From Actinomycetes bacterium (lineage in GTDB: Bacteria > Actinomycetota > Acidimicrobiia > Acidimicrobiales > Bog-793): DNA of 48,146 nt. Under the pieces are notes generated by a model. That model worked only from the letters and a program-made list of their open reading frames with translations, did not search any database and was not told where the DNA came from. Shown one piece after another: positions 26,922 to 35,195 of this stretch (position 1 is the stretch's first letter; every line of letters starts with the position of its first letter). The position numbers were made by a program, and so were the translations under genes. Location of the stretch: positions 293-48,438 of the forward strand of contig JAJYVX010000005.1 of assembly GCA_021791795.1 (NCBI GenBank), in the 5' to 3' direction.

Positions 26922-27337
26922 CACCCATGGACATCACCATTTACGCGAGCTCACTGCCGCACGATGACCCGGAGGCTTCGCTTGCCTTCTACCGCGACGC
27001 GCTCGGCTTCGAGGTCCGGACCGACGTCGGGTCCGGCAAGATGCGCTGGATCACGGTCGGGCCGCCGAGCCAGCCGGACACGTCCATCCTGCTGGCGCCT
27101 CCGGCGCTCGATCCCGGCCTTACCGACGACGAGCGGCGCACGATCGCAGAGATGATGGCAAAGGGCACTTACGGCTGGATCCTTCTTGCCACGAAGGACG
27201 TCGACAGCACGTTCGAGCGGGTGCAGGGCGCCGGCGCCGAGGTGGTGCAGGAGCCGACGTATCAGCCTTACGGGATGAGAGACTGCGCGTTCCGCGATCC
27301 AGCAGGAAACCTCATCCGGATCCAACAAAGGCCGTGA
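26918..27337 (+). CDS. VOC family protein (glyoxalase/bleomycin-resistance fold)
   Basis: ASLAFYRDALGFEVRTDVGSGKMRWITVGP...EVVQEPTYQPYGMRDCAFRDPAGNLIRI is a typical VOC domain. An alternative ATG lies at 26927. Confidence 0.85.
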   Translation: MTPMDITIYASSLPHDDPEASLAFYRDALGFEVRTDVGSGKMRWITVGPPSQPDTSILLAPPALDPGLTDDERRTIAEMMAKGTYGWILLATKDVDSTFERVQGAGAEVVQEPTYQPYGMRDCAFRDPAGNLIRIQQRP

Positions 27338-27372
27338 GTCGTCGTTTACGAGCCGCCCGCTCCTGCCAGGAC

Positions 27373-28060
27373 CTAGGTAGGTGCCGAAGCTCCAGACACT
27401 GCCTCCGGGTCGCTCACGGTGAACCCGCGAGGTACGTAGTCCTCGTCCCTCAGTCCCCTCGCCACGGGGGCTCCGTGGTCGGCGGCCCTCTCCATGTGCG
27501 CCTGGTCCAAGTAGGCGGCGGCGGCGGCGATCGCAGCGGGGCTCGCCTCCCCTCGTGGCGACGAGCCGCCTGCGACCGCTCGCATCGCAAGACTCGCGCC
27601 GCGGCCTTCGGCGCGAGACCAGACTCACGCCGGAAGAGATCGGTGGGATGCCGGCGGCTGTGACCGACTTGAGCGACAAGGGACGACGACACCCTCACAG
27701 AGCCGGCGCTGGAGACGAGCGCGCCCAGGTGAAGGCGACCTCCGGTAGGGGGTCGGATCGTCGTTCAGGCTCGCAAGGAAGAACTCGTCGAGGATGCCGG
27801 ATCGCCCACCCACCCTGGTGCGAGGGCCAGGCGCTCGAGCAAACGATCGCCGGAGGGCAACACAGTTTCTCGAGCGGGACAGCTGCGTGGGCGAGCTGGC
27901 CCGCCGGCACGCCGAACAAGCGGCGGACCCCGAAGGGCCGGCACTCGATCGAGCGCCGTGCTGGCGGTCGCTGTGGCGACCCCGATCGAGAGAACTGCCC
28001 CGCGAAAAGGCCCCCCTTGGCCACCCCTAGGCCAGATCGAGGGGCCAGTTCGCGGGGCAC
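27373..28060 (-). pseudogene. Decayed AraC-family regulator (same subtype as the 3249..3545 remnant), pieces in at least 3 frames
   Basis: The N-terminal-domain-like piece CRPFGVRRLFGVPAGQLAHAAVPLEKL is in ORF 27695..28060. SGDRLLERLALAPG is in another frame. HTH1 (VAQVGHSRRHPTDLFRRESGLAPKAAARVLRCER) is in ORF 27450..27698. HTH2 (IAAAAAYLDQAHMERAADHGAPVARG) is in ORF 27373..27585. Confidence 0.5.
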
Positions 28061-28109
28061 TTCGGATTTCCGCTAGTGCGCCGACCCGCGCCGACCCGCA
28101 CCGCGCCGA

Positions 28110-28139
28110 CCCGCACCCGCACCCGCACCCGCACCCGCG
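28110..28139. repeat. Hexanucleotide microsatellite (CCCGCA)x4 plus one CCCGCG, preceded by three copies of GCCGACCCGC
   Basis: Counted directly at 28110-28115, 28116-28121, 28122-28127 and 28128-28133, with an imperfect copy at 28134-28139. Confidence 0.9.
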
Positions 28140-28193
28140 CGGCTCGGGTCGCAATCCGGCAGCAGGTGGCCTGAGCCTCGAACGCCGACGAGC

Positions 28194-29252
28194 TCACGGT
28201 CCGCTCGCAACCTTGATCCCGAGCAGACGGACGGCCAACGCCACGATGGTCCGGCCGCCGATCAGCGTCAGACCCCTCTTGCCGTTCACCGTCACGCCGA
28301 CCGCGCCACAGCCGAACTTGTCGGCATGCACGACTGCTACCGGCGGGCCGGACTGTGCAGCGCGGAACACGAGCTCGACGAGTCCGCCCGCCAGGTCAGC
28401 CGCGCAGGACGCGGTGCCGGGGAGCTCGACCGGCAGATGATTGACGGCTGCGCGCAGCTTGTCGATCACCGCGAGGCTATGGGTAGTCACAGGTGCCGAG
28501 CCGCCGGGGAAACCGGGCACCGTAGCGACAAGCACCTTCACACCACCGGGAACGCGGTCGGCAGCGTTCTTCTCGGGAAGCCATGTCACCTCGCTGTCGA
28601 CGCGAAGTGCTGCCCTGCTTTCCGGAAGGGCGGCCAACTCGATCACGAGGCTGCGCCAGCCGAAGATGCCGGTAACAGGTCCGCTCGCTGGCCAGCTGAT
28701 GGCGAGCTCCCATAGCACGGTCCGGCCCCCGTCGCTGCTCGTCCCACTCTGCGAGGCAGTCCCGCCTCCCGGAAGGTGACCCTTGATCCAGGAGATGGCG
28801 GCCTCAGGCGCCATGGGGACGATGAAATAGTGGGCAAGGTCGACGACGTCCGGGGTCGCGGGGAGCTCGAACGGCGAGCGCAGCAAGGATCCGGAGCCCG
28901 GCGGAGCCGAGCTCGAAAACTCGCTCCCCGGCGGCAGCCGAAGAAGGTGCAGCAGATGCTCCGCCTCTCGCCGCGCCGAAGCCGACCGGCTGAGTGCTCG
29001 GGACGTGACGTAAGTCGCGCCTCGTCGGCTGTCCGGGGTGCGCGCGTGGTCGACCGCGCCGGCCCATATCCCGGCGCCCGCCCCGGCAAGGAGCACAGCT
29101 GCTAGGGCAAGCGTGGCAGAGCGACGCAGACGCGACGCCCGCTGGTCAAATCGAGGGTCCGGCTGATCGGGCTCGCGTTGCGCGACCGTGGGCCAGAGGT
29201 CTGGGCTCTCGAGGTGGTCGAGCGCGCGCAGGCGGTCGGAGAGATCATGCAT
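28194..29252 (-). CDS. Single-pass membrane protein co-transcribed with the ECF sigma (putative anti-sigma / sigma-associated sensor)
   Basis: ATG 29252 (MHDLSDRLRALDHLESPDLWPTV) overlaps the sigma stop by 8 nt. It has one TM helix (ATLALAAVLLAGAGAGIWAGAV) and a ~270-aa extracytoplasmic domain with no family I recognise. Confidence 0.6.
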   Translation of the reverse strand: MHDLSDRLRALDHLESPDLWPTVAQREPDQPDPRFDQRASRLRRSATLALAAVLLAGAGAGIWAGAVDHARTPDSRRGATYVTSRALSRSASARREAEHLLHLLRLPPGSEFSSSAPPGSGSLLRSPFELPATPDVVDLAHYFIVPMAPEAAISWIKGHLPGGGTASQSGTSSDGGRTVLWELAISWPASGPVTGIFGWRSLVIELAALPESRAALRVDSEVTWLPEKNAADRVPGGVKVLVATVPGFPGGSAPVTTHSLAVIDKLRAAVNHLPVELPGTASCAADLAGGLVELVFRAAQSGPPVAVVHADKFGCGAVGVTVNGKRGLTLIGGRTIVALAVRLLGIKVASGP

Positions 29253-29721
29253 CGTCGTCCTCCAGCAGTCCGCGGAGCTTTCGCCTGGCTTGGCTGAGGT
29301 GCATCCGCACGGTTCCGGGGGCGCAGCCGGAGATGGCTGCAACCTCTTTCGGCGAGTAGCCCGCATAGAGGCAGAGCACCACCACGGCGCGCTGGCGCGC
29401 GCTCAGCTTGCCGAGCAGCTCGGCCACCTCGGCGGGGATGTCGGAGCCTTCGGTGATAGACCGGTGCTGGCCGACGTCTCCGAGCGGTCTCAGGCGGGAC
29501 CTTCGGGACAGCTCGCCCGAAGCGATCTTGAACGCCGCTCGCCACACCCAGCGCTGCGGGTCCCGGATGGCCTCGCCTCGACGGAGGGCTTGAGCAAACG
29601 CCTCGGCGACGGCGTCGGTGGCGAGCTCCCGGTCGCCCGTGTAGCCCACAAGGGAGCGCCACAGGCGCGCGCCGTCCTCCCGGTAGACGCGCTCGATCAC
29701 CCCGTCATCCCGGACCGGCAT
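29245..29721 (-). CDS. ECF-type RNA polymerase sigma-70 factor
   Basis: Region 2 reads ERVYREDGARLWRSLVGYTGDRELATDAVAEAF. Region 4 reads LSARQRAVVVLCLYAGYSPKEVAAISGCAPGTVRMHLSQARRKL. ATG 29721 has a GAGGTGGG SD; an alternative ATG lies at 29748. Confidence 0.85.
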   Translation of the reverse strand: MPVRDDGVIERVYREDGARLWRSLVGYTGDRELATDAVAEAFAQALRRGEAIRDPQRWVWRAAFKIASGELSRRSRLRPLGDVGQHRSITEGSDIPAEVAELLGKLSARQRAVVVLCLYAGYSPKEVAAISGCAPGTVRMHLSQARRKLRGLLEDDDA

Positions 29722-29998
29722 GCCGCCCACCTCGACATCCTGCAACACATCCGTATAGGGACGGAATCAGCCGCAAGCGCATAGGCGCTCTTCAGCCGGT
29801 AGTGCGGTCGACTGCACCGGGGGTACGCAAGTCGCTCAATGAAGCGGGAACAGCCGGCGTGAACGGGCACCCTCAGCGGACACCGGGATGCCGAGGTGCC
29901 TGGCAAGGAGAGCGGTCAGACCGCTTGCAGCAGAGAGACGCAAGCGAGCGAGCGAGCGGCGACGATGGCCGGCCGCCCGGGCTCTCGGACCTCGGCGG

Positions 29999-30166
29999 TC
30001 AGGCAGTGTTGCCGGGACCGCCGAACGGGCCGCGCCGGAACGGTCCCCGGCCGCCTCCGCGGCGCATCCGCCAGAACCTGAACCCGAAGAGCGCCACGAC
30101 GAGGGGAACGGCGACGTACCACGGGCTGGTCCTGTGAACGAGACCGACGAACAGGCTCAGCTCCAT
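29999..30166 (-). CDS. Small membrane peptide (55 aa) with an Arg/Gly-rich tail
   Basis: A strong SD (AAGAGGAGGACCA) precedes ATG 30166. The sequence is MELSLFVGLVHRTSPWYVAVPLVVALFGFRFWRMRRGGGRGPFRRGPFGGPGNTA, with one TM helix. Confidence 0.45.
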   Translation of the reverse strand: MELSLFVGLVHRTSPWYVAVPLVVALFGFRFWRMRRGGGRGPFRRGPFGGPGNTA

Positions 30167-30191
30167 TGGTCCTCCTCTTTGTTGTGGCGCT

Positions 30192-31133
30192 TCATTTCGT
30201 AGATCCACCGGAAGCTCTTCGCAAGACGGGCGATCCGAAGATGACCCGCTCGTTGGCCAGGTCGAACGTGACGCGGAACCTCCGCAGGAAGGCCGTCCCG
30301 AGAAGACCGTCGTAGATGATCTTCTGGAACATCACGTCGGGGTCGTCCTCGAAGACATCCGGCGCCGAGCTCAAGCGGACGCCTCCTGCGATCTTCGTGA
30401 AGTGACGGGCGTACTCGTGCCCTGTCTCGTCGGTGCCGTCGAGTCTCTTCACATCCTCACTGCCGAGGTCGACGCCCAGGCGCCCGGCGTGAGCGGCGTC
30501 GAGGATGAGGCAGTCGCTCCCCATGTCGACCTCGACGCGGATCGGGTCGCCACCGCCCGGCAGGTCGAGCGACATGTGGACGGTGGCGGAAGGCCCGTCC
30601 CGCTCGACCTCGACAGGGACGACCATCCCCTCCGCGACCCTCCGAGCAAGCGAAACGTCGTCCTCGACCACGACCGTCCCCCTCAGGTAGTCGATCGTCA
30701 CAGCCCCCGGATCGAAGACCGAGAGCGAGAGGAAGCCCGACACCCCTTCGATCCCGGCGAGCGCCCCCATGTCGAGGACGGCGACATCCACGTCCTTCAT
30801 GCTGTGTCCGCCCAGCTCCATTGAGGGGAGCGTCGCGAGCGGGACCTCGACCTCCTGTCCCGACATCCGGCGCCCCTTAAAGGAGGTACCCGTCAACTGA
30901 CAGCCCGCGGAGGTGGCGAGGTCGTCCGAGACGAGGGTGACGCCCATCCCGGAGTCGAAGATGAACTCCTTCTCGAGGCCGCCGACGCGCACGGGCACGA
31001 CGACGAAGTGACCCAGATAGCGAAACCCGACCGGATCCACAACAAGCCATGATGCCACCAGCACGCCTCGGCAGACGACCACCGGAGCGCTGCCGCACGG
31101 GCTGGACTCTCGCTCCGGGTGGCGTGCGATCAT
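30192..31133 (-). CDS. Retropepsin-like (clan AA) aspartyl protease family protein with two tandem half-domains
   Basis: The first half-domain reads FVVVPVRVGGLEKEFIFDSGMGVTLV (D-S-G). The second reads PIRVEVDMGSDCLILD (D-M-G). The C-terminus LLGTAFLRRFRVTFDLANERVIF is typical. Only the 3' third of ORF 30192..32453 was used; the remainder is antisense to the XDH gene. Confidence 0.7.
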   Translation of the reverse strand: MIARHPERESSPCGSAPVVVCRGVLVASWLVVDPVGFRYLGHFVVVPVRVGGLEKEFIFDSGMGVTLVSDDLATSAGCQLTGTSFKGRRMSGQEVEVPLATLPSMELGGHSMKDVDVAVLDMGALAGIEGVSGFLSLSVFDPGAVTIDYLRGTVVVEDDVSLARRVAEGMVVPVEVERDGPSATVHMSLDLPGGGDPIRVEVDMGSDCLILDAAHAGRLGVDLGSEDVKRLDGTDETGHEYARHFTKIAGGVRLSSAPDVFEDDPDVMFQKIIYDGLLGTAFLRRFRVTFDLANERVIFGSPVLRRASGGSTK

Positions 31134-31184
31134 GCAAGGCGAGGCGAGGCGAGGCGCTGACACCGCCGGCCGGAGAGGAGCGGG

Positions 31185-33542
31185 ATGGAGGGCCGAACTG
31201 AAGACGTAGCGCATCCGCCGCTCCTCGACGCCGAAGACAGGGTCACCGGCCGCACTCCTTTCGTCGTGAACGAGGAGGTCTCCGGAATGCTGCACGGCAA
31301 GCTGGTGCGCTCGTCGGCAGCCCATGCCCACCTCGTAGGTGTCGACACAGGCGCGGCGCTCGCCCACCCGGGGGTTCGCGCCGTTGTCACAGGCGCCCTG
31401 CTCGTGGCCCGAGGCGGCATGGAGTTGGAATTCGGCCCGGTCGTGCGTGACCAACCGGTGCTCGCCTACGACGCCGTCCGCTACATAGGCGAACCGATCG
31501 CGCTCGTCGTCGCCTCCGATCCCTTCGTGGCCGAGGAGGCGGCCAGCCTCGTGGAGGTCACCTACGACCACCTGCCTGCAGTGTTCGACGTCGACGAGGC
31601 GACGGCCCCCGGCGCCCCCGTCCTGTTCCGAGCCGAGCCCGAGCGAGACCCGGCCTTCGTCGACGTCACGCTGCGGGCCGACTACGAGCGCAACGTGTGC
31701 AACGTCTTCAGCGTCGTGCGGGGGGATGCCTCGGCGGCGATCTCCTCCGCCGACCACGTCTTCGAGCACGTCTTCGAGAGCCCGGCTGCGGGCGCCGCTC
31801 CGCTCGAGACGCACGTCGTGGTCGCCGATGCCCGCGGCGACCGGGTCACCGTCTGGACCTCGACCCAGACTCCGCACATCGTGAGGCGGCAGCTCGCCCT
31901 CCTCTTCTCCCTCCCTCTCAACCGCGTCCGGGTGGTGGTCTCCGCTCTCGGCGGGGGCTTCGGCGCCAAGGCATATGCGGCCATCGAGCCGGTCGCAGCC
32001 GTGGCATCCCGCCTGGTCGGAGCGCCCGTGCGCATCCACCTCGCGCGCGACGAGGAATTCGTCACCTCCACCAAGCACGCCATGCGGGTGCGCCTGCGCA
32101 CCGCGGTGACGAACGACGGCCTGATCGTCGCCCGCCAGGCGCTCGCCCGCTACAACGCCGGAGCGTACGCAGGCATCAGCCCGCGCAAGGTGATGTTCGG
32201 GGCGTACGGGCTGAACGGGCCCTATCACATAGCGAACGTGGACATCCACGTCGAGGCCGTGTGCACGAACACGCCGCCTGCTGGCGCATATCGGGGTTTC
32301 GCCATCAATCAGGCGGCCTGGGCGTATGAGCAGCAGATGGACATCATCGCCGAGGCTCTCGGTATCGATGCCGCCGAGATGCGCCGGCGCAACCTGCTCC
32401 GCGACGGCGACACCTTCTGCACCGGCGAGACCCTCGAGCACCTGCACTTCCACGAGTTGCTCGACACCGTCACAGAACGGATCGGCTGGGACCCGGACGC
32501 GAAGCCGGAGCGCGATGGAGACCTAGTTAGGGCAAAGGGCATCTCGTGCGTCATCGAAGGGACGATCACGCCTTCCACCTCCACCGCGACGGTCCGCCTG
32601 AACGGCGACGGGAGCGTGGACGTGCTCACGAGCTCTGTCGAGATGGGTCAAGGGATGAGGCCGGCGCTCGCCTCGCTCGTCGCCCGGCGCCTCGGAATCG
32701 ACCCGGGTCTCGTCGGAGTCTCATATGTCGACACCGACCTCACCCCCTACGATCAGCAGACGACTGCGAGCAGGTCGATGGCATCCATGGGGAGAGCTTC
32801 GGAGCTCGCCACCGACGACATGGTCGAGAAGGTGCGCCAGCTGGCGGCGGAGCTGCTCGAGGCCGATCCGTCCGACGTCGCGGTCGTCGGCGGACATGCC
32901 CAGGTGGTGGGAGTCCCGAGCCGCCGCCTGAGTCTGGCAGAGGTCGTAGGGCGGAGTCGGGTGGGAAATTTGCACGGAGAGGGCACGTTTGTCACCGAGG
33001 GCGGCCTCGACCCGTTCAGCGGGCAGGGTGTCGGTTCGGCTCACTGGCACCAGTCGCTCGGGGCCGCGGAGATCGAGGTGGACATCGCGACGGGCAAGGT
33101 GCGGATCCTGCGCTACGCGGGTGCCCTCTTCGCCGGCGACGTCGTAGATGCGGTCGGTGCCGACCACCAGTGCGAGGGGTGCCTCGTGTTCGGGGTCGGT
33201 AATGCTCTGTTCGAGGAGCTCGTCTTCGACAAGGGCCAGCTTACGAACGCCAGCCTGGCGGACTACATGGTCCCGAGCCTCGACGACATGCCCGACGCGT
33301 ACGGGTTCGACCTGGCGACGGACGAGAACCGCGACGTGCACGGCCTCGGCGAGCCGGCGCTCCCTCCCGTCGCACCGGCAGTGGCGAACGCGCTCTACCG
33401 GGCGACCGGAGTGCGGATCCACTCGCTCCCGATCAGCGCCGAGAGGGTGCTGCGCGGCGTGCAGGCTGAGAGGCGCAGCGGTGGGGCAGGCGGCGGAACA
33501 GGCGGCGGAACAGGCGGCGGCGGCACGGGATCGCGGGCATGA
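31185..33542 (+). CDS. XDH/aldehyde-oxidase/CoxL-family molybdopterin-binding large subunit (enzyme 1)
   Basis: 785 aa. Contains GGGFGAKAYAAIEP and PPAGAYRGFAINQAAWAYEQQMD, with a GGAGAGGAG SD. It ends in a Gly-rich repeat tail. Confidence 0.9.
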   Translation: MEGRTEDVAHPPLLDAEDRVTGRTPFVVNEEVSGMLHGKLVRSSAAHAHLVGVDTGAALAHPGVRAVVTGALLVARGGMELEFGPVVRDQPVLAYDAVRYIGEPIALVVASDPFVAEEAASLVEVTYDHLPAVFDVDEATAPGAPVLFRAEPERDPAFVDVTLRADYERNVCNVFSVVRGDASAAISSADHVFEHVFESPAAGAAPLETHVVVADARGDRVTVWTSTQTPHIVRRQLALLFSLPLNRVRVVVSALGGGFGAKAYAAIEPVAAVASRLVGAPVRIHLARDEEFVTSTKHAMRVRLRTAVTNDGLIVARQALARYNAGAYAGISPRKVMFGAYGLNGPYHIANVDIHVEAVCTNTPPAGAYRGFAINQAAWAYEQQMDIIAEALGIDAAEMRRRNLLRDGDTFCTGETLEHLHFHELLDTVTERIGWDPDAKPERDGDLVRAKGISCVIEGTITPSTSTATVRLNGDGSVDVLTSSVEMGQGMRPALASLVARRLGIDPGLVGVSYVDTDLTPYDQQTTASRSMASMGRASELATDDMVEKVRQLAAELLEADPSDVAVVGGHAQVVGVPSRRLSLAEVVGRSRVGNLHGEGTFVTEGGLDPFSGQGVGSAHWHQSLGAAEIEVDIATGKVRILRYAGALFAGDVVDAVGADHQCEGCLVFGVGNALFEELVFDKGQLTNASLADYMVPSLDDMPDAYGFDLATDENRDVHGLGEPALPPVAPAVANALYRATGVRIHSLPISAERVLRGVQAERRSGGAGGGTGGGTGGGGTGSRA

Positions 33543-34174
33543 CGGCGCTTCACGAAGTCCCTGCCGAGGGCGGAGGCGGCGACGTCAAGGTGCCCGATGC
33601 CGACGGCCGGGTGCCGGTGGTGCTCTTGGTGAACGGCGCACCCCACCGGGTGCACGTGCGGACCACCGAGGTGCTGCTCGACGTCCTGCGAGAAGACCTG
33701 AAGCTGGTAGGTGCCCGTAACGGCTGCGGGGTGGGCATGTGCGGCGCGTGCACCATCTTGAGGGACGGTCGGGCGGTGAGCAGTTGCCTCACACTCGCCG
33801 TCCTCTGCGAAGGAGCCGACCTCCGCACCATCGAAGGGCTGCGCGGAGGCGGCGGAGAAGGCGGCGAGGGCGGCGAGGGCGGGGGCCTGAGCCGAGTCCA
33901 GCGGGCCTTCCTCGAGCACCGGGCGTTCCAGTGCTCGTACTGCACGTCCGGTTTCATCCTCGCCCTCGAGGCACTTCTCGCCGTGGACTCGCATCCCACC
34001 GAGGCCGCCGTCCGCGAGGCCTTCAGCGGGCATCTCTGCCGGTGCGGCAGCTACTCGCGCATCATGGCCGCCGCTCGCCAGGCGGCCGGGCTGCCCTCCC
34101 GAGGAGGCTTGGCGAGGGGCGCGGTGACAGGCGGGGTGACAGGCTGCGCGCCGGACGAGGAGCCCGGGCGATGA
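33539..34174 (+). CDS. (2Fe-2S)-binding small subunit (enzyme 1)
   Basis: Contains GCGVGMCGACTIL and QCSYCTSGFIL...GHLCRCGSY. The ATGA start overlaps the large-subunit stop. Confidence 0.9.
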   Translation: MTALHEVPAEGGGGDVKVPDADGRVPVVLLVNGAPHRVHVRTTEVLLDVLREDLKLVGARNGCGVGMCGACTILRDGRAVSSCLTLAVLCEGADLRTIEGLRGGGGEGGEGGEGGGLSRVQRAFLEHRAFQCSYCTSGFILALEALLAVDSHPTEAAVREAFSGHLCRCGSYSRIMAAARQAAGLPSRGGLARGAVTGGVTGCAPDEEPGR

Positions 34175-35058
34175 GCCAACCGCTCGTGTTCTTCCCCACT
34201 ACGGTCGCCGAGGCGGTCGAGGTCCTCGACAGGTACGGGGGGGAGGCGAAGGTGGTGGCCGGTGGTACGGCCGTGAGCCTCATGCTGCAGCATCGCCTGA
34301 TCCAACCCGCAGCCCTCGTCTCCCTGCAACGGGTGGACGGCCTACGCGAGGTGGGCCGCACCGAGGAAGGGACGGCGGTCCGGCTCGGCGCGCTCGTCAC
34401 CCACGCCGAGGCGGCGCGCCACCCCTTCCTGAGATCAGCGGCCCCTCTCGTCGCCGACGCATTCGCCGTCGTGGGCAACCCGCAGGTGCGGGCCGCGGCC
34501 ACCGTCGGCGGTGTCCTCACCGAGGCCGACTACGCCTCCGACCCGCCCGCGGCGCTGCGGGCGATCGACGCCGTGGTGATCGCGCAGGGCCCGGCGGGCG
34601 CGCGCATCATCCCGGTCTACGACCTGCTGCTCGGCTTCTACGAGACGGCGCTCGCCGACAACGAGATCGTCTCGTCGGTCGTCGTGCCGTTGCTTCCCGA
34701 AGGAGCGGGCAGCGCGTATCTCAAGTACTCCTCGCGCTCGAGCGAGGACCGGCCCTGCGTCGGCGTGGCAGCGGTGGTCCGCCAGGCTCCCGACGGTTCG
34801 TGCGCAGAAGTGCGTGTCGTGCTCGGTGCCATCGCCGCGGTACCGGTACGGGTCCCGGAACTGGAGGCGGCAGCAGTCGGACGGCCGCTCGACCCTGCAG
34901 GCCTCGGTGACGCCTACGCCGAGGCGGTGGATCCGCTCGAGGATGTGCGAGGCTCGGCCTGGTACCGCCGCGAGATGGTACGAGTGTGGGTGGCGAGAGC
35001 GGTCACGGCCGCCCGGCACCGCTGCACCGGCGGCCCGCAGCCGCCGCCCGCCGGGTGA
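34171..35058 (+). CDS. FAD-binding (CoxM/XdhB-like) medium subunit (enzyme 1)
   Basis: Contains KVVAGGTAVSLMLQHRL, the NPQVRAAATVGGVL motif and DVRGSAWYRREM. The ATGA start overlaps the small-subunit stop. Confidence 0.9.
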   Translation: MSQPLVFFPTTVAEAVEVLDRYGGEAKVVAGGTAVSLMLQHRLIQPAALVSLQRVDGLREVGRTEEGTAVRLGALVTHAEAARHPFLRSAAPLVADAFAVVGNPQVRAAATVGGVLTEADYASDPPAALRAIDAVVIAQGPAGARIIPVYDLLLGFYETALADNEIVSSVVVPLLPEGAGSAYLKYSSRSSEDRPCVGVAAVVRQAPDGSCAEVRVVLGAIAAVPVRVPELEAAAVGRPLDPAGLGDAYAEAVDPLEDVRGSAWYRREMVRVWVARAVTAARHRCTGGPQPPPAG

Positions 35059-35098
35059 CAGGCGACAGGCGACAGGCGACAGGCGACAGGCGACAGGC
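35057..35098. repeat. Heptanucleotide microsatellite (GACAGGC)x6
   Basis: Counted directly. The first copy shares its first two bases with the stop TGA (35056-35058) of the preceding gene. The array lies about 100 bp upstream of the next operon's start. Confidence 0.95.
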
Positions 35099-35195
35099 AG
35101 GACAGCACGACCGCTGCCCGCATGTCGTCGGGGCCACGGCGCAACCACCACCTGGCTGCATACTCTGGTATACAGAGATCGACGAAGGGAGGGGG

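Noticed and set aside
31134-32453. Upstream two-thirds of the 753-aa minus-strand ORF 30192..32453
   Set aside because: It is antisense to the well-supported XDH large-subunit gene (31185..33542) and has Arg/Gly/Val-rich composition with no recognisable motifs. Only the 3' third, the retropepsin-like protein, looks real.
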